Below are positions 37,301-48,089 of a stretch of DNA of 64,000 nucleotides, piece after piece. The stretch is from assembly GCA_004431415.1 (NCBI GenBank), contig QPMI01000484.1, positions 62,001 through 126,000 on the forward strand, in the 5' to 3' direction. The position numbers were made by a program, and so were the translations under genes. Positions within the stretch are counted from its first letter, which is position 1. Every line of letters starts with the position of its first letter. The DNA comes from Cyanophora paradoxa CCMP329 (Eukaryota; Plantae; Glaucophyta). The notes below the pieces were generated by a model that saw only the letters and a program-made list of their open reading frames with translations, made no database searches and was not told the DNA's origin.

Positions 37301-38038
37301 GCCCTCGCCCGCCTCCCGTCCTCCGGCCAGCGCCTCGCCGCCCTCGACGACCGGGTGCGCCTTTTGTCGTCGTTGTTGTTTCTTCTTGCTTAGAGCGCGC
37401 TTTCTATCTTACTGGAGACCTAGAAATATTTAGTGAGCTGCATATTTATAGTACTAAAAGGTTTTGGGCGATCTACTAAATATTTGTTGTTTCTTCTCAC
37501 TTGGAGCGCGCGTTCTGTCTTACTAAGTTACTTTCTTTTAGACGCTGTTCGCCGGGATGCTCCTGAAGTGCGCGGACCTTGCGAACGCGGCGCGCACCTT
37601 CGAGAACAGCCAGCACTGGGCCGGCGCCATCCAGCACGAGTTCTTCGAGCAGGGGGCCCTCGAGCAGCAGCTGGGGCTCGAGATCTCCCCGGGGATGTCC
37701 CCGACCACCGAGCCCGACCTGGGCTCCTCCGCCCGCCAGGTGCTTCTATTTTTAGCTTCTCCCCCTCTCTTTATTTTTAGCTTATTCTCGATCAGGTCTT
37801 CTTCCTGGGGAACATCGTCCAGCCCCTCTACCAGGCCGTGGCCGAAGTCGCCCCCGACGTGCGTCCTTGTTTACTTGTGTTACCTAGTAGTGGATCATCT
37901 TCTTGCATTATATCTAACCATCTTATTACACCCATCTATCTTATTTTCGTCTTGCAGATCATGAGGCGGCCCCTGGCGAACGTGAAGAACAACCTGGAGT
38001 GCTGGAGGAGGGCGCACGCCTCCCTGTCCGCCCCCTGA
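24651..38038 (+). CDS. Membrane sensor - HAMP - heme-PAS - adenylyl cyclase - class I cyclic nucleotide phosphodiesterase fusion protein (~30 exons)
   Basis: TM1 IIALILCEFISVSVLIS (26039), TM2 TLVISLSVVAPILLINWTLALW, HAMP (ISDPLASL...QKDEVGKLARAF), PAS (29689-31715). Signalling helix RTEALLANMLP. Cyclase FADIVNFT, EKIKTLGDAFM, RIGMHLG, YDLWGDTVNIASRMES, VKGKGDM (33190-34069). PDE FHNAAHALDVAQ, AALCHDLDHPG, LERHH, ILATDM, LLKCADLAN, EFFEQG (35427-38038). Intron phases across the cyclase-PDE linker are compatible. Confidence 0.88.
28704..28832. repeat. (TCTA)n intronic microsatellite
   Basis: Directly visible. Confidence 0.95.
34781..35105 (+). repeat. ~145-155 bp tandem duplication containing three copies of an acceptor/exon start (GCAGAARGAGGCGGAGTGGGAGGA)
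   Basis: Copies start at 34781, 34925 and 35081, with near-identical spacers. Confidence 0.9.
35905..36320. repeat. Intronic (AACTATG)n / ATACATCTA arrays with duplicated exon end
   Basis: Directly visible. AGATGCTC(T/G)TCGCCATGGTC occurs at 35881, 36011 and ~36197. Confidence 0.85.
36832..37220. repeat. (GATGT)n (36832-36867) and (TCTAA)n (~37135-37220) intronic microsatellites
   Basis: Directly visible. Confidence 0.85.
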
Positions 38039-38624
38039 GAGGGGGACGTCCGCCTTCTGGGGACGCCTTCTGAGAGATGATGATAACAATAATCCTTTCG
38101 CGCCTCCTCTAGCTCCGGCCCCCCATAATACTAACCATCCTTTCACGTTGTATCTACCTCCACTTTCCTCCTCCCTTGGCTTTGATTTTTGCTTCGCGAC
38201 TTTCTATCTATTCAAGTAGTACGTATGGACTCATTTGATAGTGCTCGCCACCCGGCTAGGGCTTGCAATTGTAGGTGCTAGCTGGAGTCAGCCTCTTCTA
38301 GTAGTTACGGGGCCGGCACGGTACCGTAGTAGTTTGCCTTTCGAATTCGATTCGTGGATTAATGATTGCTTGCAAATGTGCTCCGTAGTTTTAATCGACG
38401 TGATCGTGGTCACGTTCGTCTCGTCTTCGAATTATGTATCAGTGCACTAAGGATTTATAGGTTTCGTCTCTACATTAATATTCGCGTCGTGTGCGCACTT
38501 CGTACAGTACCGTACTGCCGTAGACTGGGGTTCCTGTGAATTTCGAATTTGAATAACATAACACTTCTCTCCGGGATCCGACCGCGCGGCCTGCGGATCC
38601 GGCGCCTGCAGCTGGGTACCCTAT

Positions 38625-41600
38625 CTAAGCGGGGGCGCTTCTGCTGTACTCGTCTTCCGAATCGTCGCTGTCCTCCCACCAGGCCCCGCCCTCGATCTCG
38701 GAGGCGATGGCCGCCTGCGAACGAAGCGATCAACGCTCGTTGGGGGTACGGGCGGGCCCGGTCCCGGGGTGGGGGGGGTACAGGGCGCACCGGCTCGTCC
38801 TCCTCCACCTCCTCTCCGTCGTCCGCGAGCGGATCGTCGACGTCGAGGTCGGGCACGGGGGGCACTTCGGAGAGGGGTACGCGCCTCGCCCCGCCCCGCA
38901 GCAGCGAGGGCGCGGCCGGCGGGGGCGGCTCGGCGGCCGGCGCGCGAGTCCGAGGGCCGCCGGGGGCGCAGATGACGACCCGAGCGCTGGAGGGGCCAGC
39001 CGTGCGGGGGCCGCGGCGGCGGCGGCCGCCGCCGCCGGGGACCGCGCGGGGGCGAGGGCTGGGGCTGAGGCGGGGGCGGGGCGGGCCGGCGGTCGGGGAG
39101 GGCGGGGCGGGGCGGGACCGGCCAGGGATTGCGAGCTTGAGGCTGGCGCGAAGGCCGACGTGGTTCCCCGGGGGCGAAGGGACGAGCCTGCGAGGAGCAG
39201 TCAAGCTAGACGCAGAAGAAGGCCGGGGTACATGATTGAAAGTTGGGGCACCTTGCGCGGGTCGGCGGGGGAGGGCGTGGCCGGCGCGGGAGGCGCTGGC
39301 GGGGCGGCGGGCGGCGGGGCGGGCGGGGGCGCCGGAGCGATCGGAAGAGGCGCTCGAGGGGCCGAACCCGAGCGGGAGGGGCTCCAGCTGAGGCTCCGCC
39401 GGGGCCGGCCCCGCGCCGGCGGCGTCCTCACGAGCGCGGGCGCCGCGGCGGGCTCCGTGGGGGCCCAGCCCGAGGCGGCGTGTCGGGGCCCGTGGGCGGG
39501 CGGCGGCGACGAGGGCGGGGGCGGAGACGGGAGGGGCGGGCGGCGGCGCGGCGGGCGGCGCGGGGCTCACTGCCGGGCTCCCCACCGACACGCTGTCGTC
39601 CATGCTGGCCTCAAGCTCCTCGGAGAGCCTATCGACGAGCAGCTTGAGCTGCCTCACGTCCGGGCTGAGGCACAGGCTGCCGTCCCCGGAGGACCCCAGC
39701 ACCGACCCATCCACGCTGGCGCTCGGGGAAGCCTCCGGCGGGCCCTCCGCGGGGCCGGCGCCGCCGCCGCCGCCGGTGCACGAGCCGGCGATGCTGCCGC
39801 GTCGGCTGCCGCTGGCCGCCGAGGCGCCGCCGCCGCTGCGGTTGCTGCGGGCGCTGCGGTGCCCGTCGGAGCGCGCGGTCGGCTGCGGGCTGGGGCACGC
39901 GATCGGCGAAAGAGGCGCAAAGAGCGCGGGGGAGGAGGGCGGCGGCGCCTCGCTGCCCGTCGATCGCGCCGAGAGCAGCGGCGTGCGCGGGCGGGGCGGC
40001 GTCGCCTGGATGGCGGCGGGGGGCGCGGGAGGGGGCGGAGGAGGGAGGGGGAAGAAGCCACGGGCGAGGCGGCCGGGGCGGGCGGGGCCGGGGCCGGGGC
40101 CGACGCGGCGGGCGGCGGCGGCGAGGCGGCGGAGGCGGCAGAGGCGGGACGGAGGGGCGCTTCCTCGGCTACAGAGGCGCGGACGGGGCGAGCGAGGAGA
40201 CGGGACATGAGAGCCGAGAAGGGCCGCGGGGCCGCTGACGAGGGGCTCGGCTCCGGGCTCTCGGCGCGCGGGGGCGGCGCCGGGGACGGCGAGGGCGGCG
40301 CCGCGGAGGCGGTATCCCCCGCCGCCTCGTCCTTCGGGGGGGTAGAGGGGTCCACGCGGAACGCGGGGGCAGGCAGAACGTGCGCGCCGCCCGCCGCCGC
40401 TACCGCCGCTGCTGCTGCTGCCGACGCGGCCGCCGGGGAGTGCTGCGCGGGGTGCGAGGGGGGCGTGGCCAGCGCGGCCGAGTGACCCGGGCTCGGCTCC
40501 GGCGCGGACGAAAAGTTGAGCTTCTTGGGCAGGATCGGGGAGGCGATGGAAGCGGAGGCAGAGGCGGCGGCCAGGCGGCCCACCACCGTGTGCTGGGGCG
40601 ACGGCGGCCGCGGCGGCCGCGTCGCCGTCCCAGCGATGGCGAGCGCCCAGCCGCTGGGCGTGCCGGGCCCGAGCCCCAGCGGGTTGGGCGCCCTGGCGTC
40701 CGGAGAGGGTAGCATCGGGCTGCAGCGCATGGGGCTGTAAGCGCCCCGCATGATCGCCGAGGCGTCCGGGAGCAGGGAGAGCTCGTGCTCGATGCTCTGC
40801 AGGTCCTTCCGCAGCGTCTCCAGCGTCTGGTCCGCTTCGGCCTTGAGGGCCGCAGACTCGGCCGACCGCCGGAACTGCTCGAACCTGCGCCGCGGCGTCG
40901 GAAAGGGGCGGGCGTAGCCCGCCTGTGCTGCTGCGCTCTAGAGACGCGCGTGCGCACTGCGAGATCTGCGCGATCAAATGCCGCTTGAGGCGCAACAGCA
41001 CGCGCCGCTCGTCCTCAGCCGACGCGTCTCCCGGCGTGCCCTTCTCGAAACTCGCATTCATCGGCACGTGCAGGAACTGAGGAAAGCCTAGCATGAGCGA
41101 GATCCCCGCGGCGCGTTCCCGGCGGGCCCCGCACCTGCCCCGAGGTGCGTACGGGTGACATCCCACGCATGAGGCTCCGGTCCAGCATCGGCGACGCGGG
41201 CACTGGTGAGAACAGCTGGCTGACATCCAGGTTCACCCCATGCATCTTGAAAAGCTGCGGAGCGCGAGTGCGCGTGAGGCCGAGCTCTTGGGCACATGGT
41301 CGCGCCCGCACCTCCTGCATCAGCTGCGCCTCGCGCTTGCGGAGGTTGTTACGCTCTATCCTGGCGCTCTTGAGAGTTGCTGTGTACTTTTCCACCAGCA
41401 GCTTGCCTGCGGGGCGCGCGCTCAGCTTGTCCGCTTGAGAGCGGTTGGGCTATGATGCCAAGCTGCGCACCGTTCGCGGCGGTCGCGGCTTTTGAGCTGC
41501 CGTCCACGCATTGCAGAAGGTTCACAAGGAGGGACTCCTGTGAGGGCGAGGAGAGCTAAGCCCAGGAAGCCGAGCGGGCAGGAGACTACACTCACCGATC

Positions 41601-41700
41601 GGCGGTAGCTTTTTTCGAGCTTCCGCCGAACATCCGACACCTCCTTTGCGTTTTGGGTTATCGCCGCGTGCAGCGGCGGGCCCTCTACGCTCGCCGACAT
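38625..41700 (-). CDS. Hypothetical protein: N-terminal coiled coils, Pro/Ser-rich remainder; spliced
   Basis: MSASVEGPPLHAAITQNAKEVSDVRRKLEK, coiled-coil exons (EKYTATLKSARIERNNLRKREAQLMQE; EADQTLETLRKDLQSIEHEL), last exon AWWEDSDDSEDEYSRSAPA*. Confidence 0.55.
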
Positions 41701-41950
41701 CGCGGCAGTTTGAACCTACCGCTGCGCCGATTGCGCTCGGTACCCCTCCATCGATCAGGTCGCGCTTCGAGCTGCAGGCGGCCCGGAGATGCACACTACC
41801 GGCTCGAACAGGCGGACAAGAACCACCTCGTGCGCGCCACCCGCATCCCGCACAACGATCAGAGACCCGCCAGCGCGAACCCTTAGCGAGCGCCTCTCAC
41901 ACCCTCCCCCCGCGTAAGGATGGTCTTTTCGAACCGCACTTGTCTCGCAG

Positions 41951-42808
41951 GTTCGTGGTCGCGGCGGCGCCGGCGGATGCTCGATCTGCGTTGATTGGGG
42001 GCGGCGCGGCGAGCTGGCGGCGCGGCTCGTCTGCCCTTTGCCTCCGAAAGGCTCCGGAGCGCTTGACTACGCGCGCGCTGACCATCTCGAACAAGGCAAG
42101 GTGCGGCAGGCCTTGCCGCCCCCGCGCGTACTTGTTTCGATATCGATCTCACGAGCCGCTCGCCCCCGCAGGGTCGCGAGCAGCCCTGAGCGGCATCCTG
42201 AGCGGCGAAGGGACCATCAGAGCTCCTGGTTCGGACTCTGGGCGGCCCGTCGCTTCCAGCACAACGCGGCGTGCGTCGCGTCCCCGAAGGACGTGCAGGC
42301 AGTCCTCGCCTCCCCTCAGTCCGCTGGCCTGGGCCCCTACGCCTTCCAGCCCCTCGTGGCCTCTTCGAAATTGATCGACGCGGAGACTCACACGTACTCG
42401 GTCGAAGAGCGCATCCCCCTCGGCCCCTTCCGCATCCCCAACCGCTTCCGCGCGCGCATCGAGCCCCACAGCGACGGGCGCGGGTACTCCGTCGAGTGCT
42501 GGTGCGCATGCGCATGCCGCAGCCGTCGGTGTCTGCTTCTGCGCCCTTTCCGGCTCCCCGCCTCCCTGACGCGTACGCTTTCCCGGCGCAGGGCTTTCGG
42601 GGGCGTGTATCTGGAGGGTACGCTGCGGTGGAACGGCTCCAAGTCGGGCGCCGTGCGCGTGTACGAGAAGGCGTCCATCCACGGGCCCTTCTTCTGCATC
42701 GATTTGATCGCGCGGACCGCCTCGGCCGCCCACGCCGAGATGATCAAGCGCATCGCCTCGGCCGCCTCCGCCGCCGCGCGCGACAAGAGCTCCGCCGCCT
42801 GGCTCTGA
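41951..42808 (+). CDS. Hypothetical protein, possibly SRPBCC/START-like fold, with a possible organellar transit peptide
   Basis: Globular exons (FQPLVASSKLIDAETHTYSVEERIPLG...YSVECW|AFGGVYLEGTLRW...ASAAHAEMIKRI) end in a long helix. The upstream exon is Ala/Ser/Arg-rich. The start codon is not resolved. Confidence 0.45.
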   Translation, partial: VRGRGGAGGCSICVDWGRRGELAARLVCPLPPKGSGALDYARADHLEQGKVRQALPPPRVLVSISISRAARPRRVASSPERHPERRRDHQSSWFGLWAARRFQHNAACVASPKDVQAVLASPQSAGLGPYAFQPLVASSKLIDAETHTYSVEERIPLGPFRIPNRFRARIEPHSDGRGYSVECWCACACRSRRCLLLRPFRLPASLTRTLSRRRAFGGVYLEGTLRWNGSKSGAVRVYEKASIHGPFFCIDLIARTASAAHAEMIKRIASAASAAARDKSSAAWL

Positions 42809-43054
42809 TCATCGGATCATGAGATCTAGATCTAGCTACTAGGCTAGAATGCGAGGTTCCATTTTTGCGCGCGTTCTTCAAGGCTTTTTCTGCCAACTCT
42901 GTGGTCCGATCCGGAGTTTACGGCGTAGTTTGCTTGTCTTTGCTTGCTTGTTCGCTTGCGTGTTTTGACTTAGTTTCATTACAGGAAGTCGCCGCGAATA
43001 CGTATACAGAAGGGTTGAAAGAGTCTAGGAGGACAGCAGCTGCTAGGGACGGGT

Positions 43055-43942
43055 CTACAGGTCGTCGGTGAGGTCAATCACGGGAACGATCGACGCCACA
43101 TCCACCGTACCCAGGCCCCGGGTTGGCGCCGGCGGGGCGGCGGCCGGAGCGGCGGGGGCGGAGGCTGCAGCCGCCGGGGGCTTCGGGGCGAGTGCTGGGG
43201 CGGCCGTAGCCTTCGAGGCGGGGGCCGGGGGGACGGAGGGCCGGTTCGAAGTGGGGGTCGGAGCCGAGGGGGCCCGGGCGGGGGCCCGAGATGAGTTCGC
43301 AGCTGCGGCGGAGGCGGCAGCCAGCGCCGCCGCAGACGCTTTTGCACTGTTGGGGGCCGCGAGGGACCGGGGCCGCTTGGCCGCCGGCCCCACGTCCTCC
43401 TCCTCCCGCTCGCGGGGAGGCTGCCGCTGCCCCAGGATGGAGGCGGCGGGGGGTGTCGGCGCCGGCAGCGAGATCATGGGCGGGTAGAGCGGCGGCCCGG
43501 GCCCGGGCCCCGGCTGCTGAGGGGGCGGGTACGGCATCGCTCCGCTGAAGGCCGGCTGCCACCCCATGTAGCTCGGATGAGGGGGCGGCGCAGGAACGGA
43601 CTGCTGGGCGGGAGCGCCGGCCGCCGTCTGCGGGAAGTTTGGATGCGGGTGGCTCTGGGACGGGCCCGGGGCGGCCGCCAGCTGCTGGGGCGCCGGGACA
43701 GAGCTTTGGTGCGGGAGGGAAGCCGCGGAGGAGGCGGCGGAAGAGGAGTGGTGGACGAGTACGGGGATCGAGTAGCACAGGAGGGGTACCGTGGTGTTGG
43801 ACGGCGGCGCGGAGTACACTTGGCCTCCAGCGGGGGGCGGCTGCTGCTGGTGCTGCGGGCCAGGCTGCTGCGGGGCCCGCTGGCTCTGAGGCTCGGGCAT
43901 GATCGGCTGCGGCCAGAACTGGCTCTGCGACTGCAGCGGCAG

Positions 43943-43973
<31 letters not shown>

Positions 43974-46900
43974 GGCGGTGGCGGCTGCTGCTGCAGCACG
44001 GCGGGCGGAGCGAACATGGCCAGCGGGTGGAACTGCGGGGGCGGGGGCAGCAGCATGTTGGGGCCGGGAGGGACGGAGCGGGCGTGGAGGATCCACTGGG
44101 ACAGCTGCTCGTGCCGCCTCTGCAGCTCGGCCCACATCGGGTTGCCCGCGATTGCGTAGTTGAGGTTCGACCCCGGCGCCGAGGCGCCTAGCAGCACCTG
44201 CGTGAGACGGGGGATCAGGGACGGGGCGGGGTACAAGGGGTACAAGAAACCCGGCACGCACGTTTGGGGTTAGCCCGGCGGCGACGGCGTCTCGCGCAAA
44301 GAGGGCGCAGGTTTGCGCTACCTGGAGCACTATCCGGCTGTTCGTCATCGAGATCCAGGCGTTGGCCGCGCTCGCCTGCGGCCCGCGTCAGCGATGCGCG
44401 GCGAAGCGCGCGCCGGCTGGGGCGGCGGGCGGGCGCCTGCAAAGGGACCGGCGGAGGGGCGGGTGCCGCCTGCTGGGGCGCCGGTGGCCGCGGGGGGGCG
44501 GGGCGGGGGGGGAGAAGGAGTCCGGCGTTCTGCGGGAAACAGGGGAGGAAGGGGCGGGGCCGCGGCCAGAGGCGCGGCGGCCTTCGGCGCTGGCGGCGGC
44601 CCGGGCTTCGCCGGGGCCGCGGTTGGCTTCGAAGGCCCGGGCTGGGCGGGGGCGTTGCGGGGCGGGCCGGGCGCGGGGAAGTTGGACGGGCGGGCGGCGG
44701 GAGGAGCGGAGGCGCGCGGGGCGGGCGGCGTCGGGACAAACTCGTCGGAATTTGCGGGGTCCGTGGCCGCCACTTTCGAAGGCGGCTCCCTGAAAAACGT
44801 AACGCAGCGTTGGCTCCCAACGAGACGGGAGGCGAGAAACGCGGCGCGCACGTTGCGAATCGGCCGGCGGGTCGCTTCGAAGAGGGGCCGGCGACGGGTA
44901 CGGCGCCGGCGCCAGCGCCCACCCCCGGGGGCGCTTTGGCGGAGGAGGGACCAGAGGAGGAAGAGCTGGCGGCGGGTACCGCGCCCGACGCGGCGGGGTT
45001 CGATTTGGAGGGGGACGGCGTAGAGGACGCGCTGCGCCCACCCCCCGGGGGGGTACTACAATAAGCGAAGCGGCGCAGGGAAGGAACGAGGAAAAGGCGC
45101 GCGCGGCGCACCGCGCAGGGGCGCGCGGGCCGGTCTTGGATGAGGAAGCCTCCGGGCGGATGGCGTTGCTGGCTACGGCTCAGCCTAGGCGACACCAAGG
45201 AAGCAGAGGCGAGAGGCGGGGACGGAGATGCGCGCACGAGCCGAGGGACAGGAACGCGGCGACCCGGTAGGCGGCGGCGCGCGGCTCCTCGGAGGCCTTA
45301 GGGTCCAGGAACCCAACTCGGGGCCGCGCGGCGGGCGGCCCCTGGAAAAGGGATTGGTAGAAGCGCTCGCCGGCGTAGTCCTCCGGAGCAAAGTTGACAA
45401 GGTGCCGCGAGTTGTTCCCGTGGCAGACCAGGACGAGACGGTCGTACCCCCTCGCCGCCAACTTCGCATCGTCCACGGCCACCGTGGCCATCTGAGGCGC
45501 CCGAGTCAGGCGCAAGGGCGCGGGCGGCGGATGAGGGGCGGGAGGGGAAGGGGACGCCACCTCGATGCCGTGCCAAGAGAGGTAGCCACGCCAGTACCCC
45601 CGCTTGTCGCACACTACGCCGTGGAGCATGCGCCACATCGGCGCCGCCGCCGCGGGCTGCGACTGAGGGTCCGCAGGAGCCGACGCGGCCGCTGGGCCGG
45701 CGTGGGCGCCGGCAGGGGCCGGATTCGCAGGAGTCGCGGCCGCCGCCGCAGGAGCCGACGCGGCCGCTGAGGTTGCGGGCGCGTCGGCAGAGGCCGCCGC
45801 CGCAGGAGCCAACCCGGCCGCTAAAGTTGCTGTTGCGTCGGCAGGGGCTGCCGGCGCAGGATCCGATCCGGCCGCTGAGGTTGCGGGCGCGTCGGCAGGG
45901 GCCGGATTCGCAGGAGTCGCGGCCGCCGCCTCAGGAGCCAACCCCGCCGCTGAGGTTGCGGGCGCGTCGGCAGGGGCCGCCGCCGCAGGAGCCGACCCGG
46001 CCGCTAAAGTTGCTGTTGCGTCGGCAGGGGCTGCCGGCGCAGGATCCGATCCGGCTGCTGAGGTTGCTGGCGCGTCGGTAGCGGCCGTTGAGGTTGCGGG
46101 CGCTTCGGCAGGGGCCGCCGCCGCAGGATCCGACCCGGCCGCTGAAGATGCGGACGCGTCGGCAGGGGCCGCTGACGTTGCGGGCGCGTCGGCAGGGGCC
46201 GCCGCCGCAGGATCCGACCCGGCCGCTGAAGATGCGGACGCGTCGGCAGGGGCCGCTGACGTTGCGGGCGCGTCGGCAGGTGCCGGATTCAAAGGGGGTG
46301 CGGCCGCCGCCGCAGGAGCCAACCCCGCCGCTGAGGTTGCGGGCGCGTCGGCAGGGGCCGCCGCCGCAGGAGTCGACCCGGCCGCTAAAGTTGCTGTTGC
46401 GTCGGCAGGGGCCGCCGCCGCAGGATACGATCCGGCTGCTGAGGTTGCTGGCGCGTCGGTAGCGGCCGTTGAGGTTGCGGGCGCTTCGGCAGGGGCCGCC
46501 GCCGCAGGATCCGACCCGGCCGCTGAAGATGCGGACGCGTCGGCAGGGGCCGCTGACGTTGCGGGCGCGTCGGCAGGGGCCGCCGCCGCAGGAGCCGGCC
46601 CGGCCGCTGAGTCTGCTGGTGCGTCGGTAGCGGCCGCTGAGGTTGCGGGCGCGTCGGCAGGGGCCGCCGCCGCAGGATCCGACCCCGCCGCTGACGCTGC
46701 GGGCGCGTCGGCAGAAGCCGGATTCGCAGGAGGCGAGGCCTCCTCCGCCGCTGCAGAAGCTGCAGACGCGCTCGCTGCGGATGAGCCGGCTGCGGGGGAT
46801 GGGTCGCTCTCAGCCGGCGCCGATGTCTCCGGGGTCACACCCTTCGACACGGCGGAATCTGTTGCAGCCAATGCGGGCAACGCGTCCGGGGCATCTACTG

Positions 46901-47165
46901 GAGCTTCGCTGTCTCGCCTTGCTTCGGCTGTGGCGGGCGGCGCTCCTGTCTCCGCGCACTTCGCAGCTGCAGCTGGAGGCGCTGGTCCATTCTCCTTGTC
47001 CGACAGCTCCTCCTGATGCTCTAAGCTCTGTGCGGGCTGTGTGCTGCTATTGGCTCCCCCATGCGCGCCGCTTGCGCAGGTGCCATCGGACGTGTCATCG
47101 CGCAGAGACTCGGGCCTCTCGACTTCCGGAGTGTTGCTCTGACCGGCGGGTGCAGCGGTCGTCAT
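43055..47165 (-). CDS. AP2/ERF-like domain protein with an Ala/Pro/Asp tandem-repeat N-terminus and Pro/Gln-rich C-terminus
   Basis: LHGVVCDKRGYWRGYLSWHGIE|MATVAVDDAKLAARGYDRLVLVCHG...LVNFAPEDY (69-nt intron at 45560-45492) resembles the AP2 consensus (GV...W.A....A..AARAYD...G...NF). The C-terminus ends VPVIDLTDDL*. Confidence 0.6.
45690..46740 (-). repeat. Coding minisatellite (units of ~30-90 bp) encoding AAAAPADAPATSAAGSDP variants
   Basis: Many near-identical GCGGGCGCGTCGGCAGGGGCCGCCGCCGCAGGA units, all in frame. Confidence 0.9.
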
Positions 47166-48089
47166 AAGGCCTGCACAAGCGGCACAAAGAGCCGGGAAGA
47201 TCCCTCAGCACGGCAGCGGTTCATGTTCGCGGTAAAAGTCGCACTTTGTCACAGAATCACGGTTGAATGGTTGAATTCATCTCCGGAGCGGCAACTGCGG
47301 GAGGCTTCAAAAGTTATCAGAGCACTGTCGACACGCCAAAAAGCTATGCTGCGTGGAGAACGGGCGTGGGGTCGGAAGCGGACTAACCTCATTGTGCGCC
47401 CGATTCTTGGCGTTCCGCGAGGCCACGATCGGGGAAGGGCGAGCGAGAGACTTTGATCAAAAGCTTCGGCAATCGCGACTACTAGCGATAGCAGGGCTCA
47501 GTCGGCCGCTTTGCTGCAGTAAAGGGCGTCGAGTGTTCGACAGTTCGAGCACTGCTCCCACGCCAAAGCCGCGCACGGGATGCTACCTACGCACTCAGAG
47601 TGCACCGCGCTTGGCGTCAGCCGCGAACAAGCCAGCCACTTTTTTTCTCCTCTACCCCGGCACGTCCAGTCGGGACTCGGGACTCGCTCTCCGACAGCCC
47701 CGTCCAGCAAGATGAAGGCCCAGCAGCGTCCTTCGAGGGTTGCGAAAGCGAAATCGAGGACGTTTTCGACGGACGTCGCCGACGTCGCCCGCCGTCGGAC
47801 CCGGGCGGCGTTTTCCCAGTTCGGGCCCCGCCGGCGGGCTCCTCTCGTCGTGGGCTTTTCGGCGGGAGAGGGTGAAGGAGAGAAGAGCGATGGACCGGTT
47901 CGTTCGCATCCACGCCTCCAAAGCTCGGCAGCGGCCGCACACATTTTGCTTAACCGCCCGCATGGGCGTGCTCTGGCTGACGGCACGTTTTGGTACGTTA
48001 CAGGCACTTCGCATCGACATCCCGAAGAGCCCCATCCCGGTGAGCCGGCCGTAACGGCTAGAGCTGATCAGCGCATTGATAACACAGGC

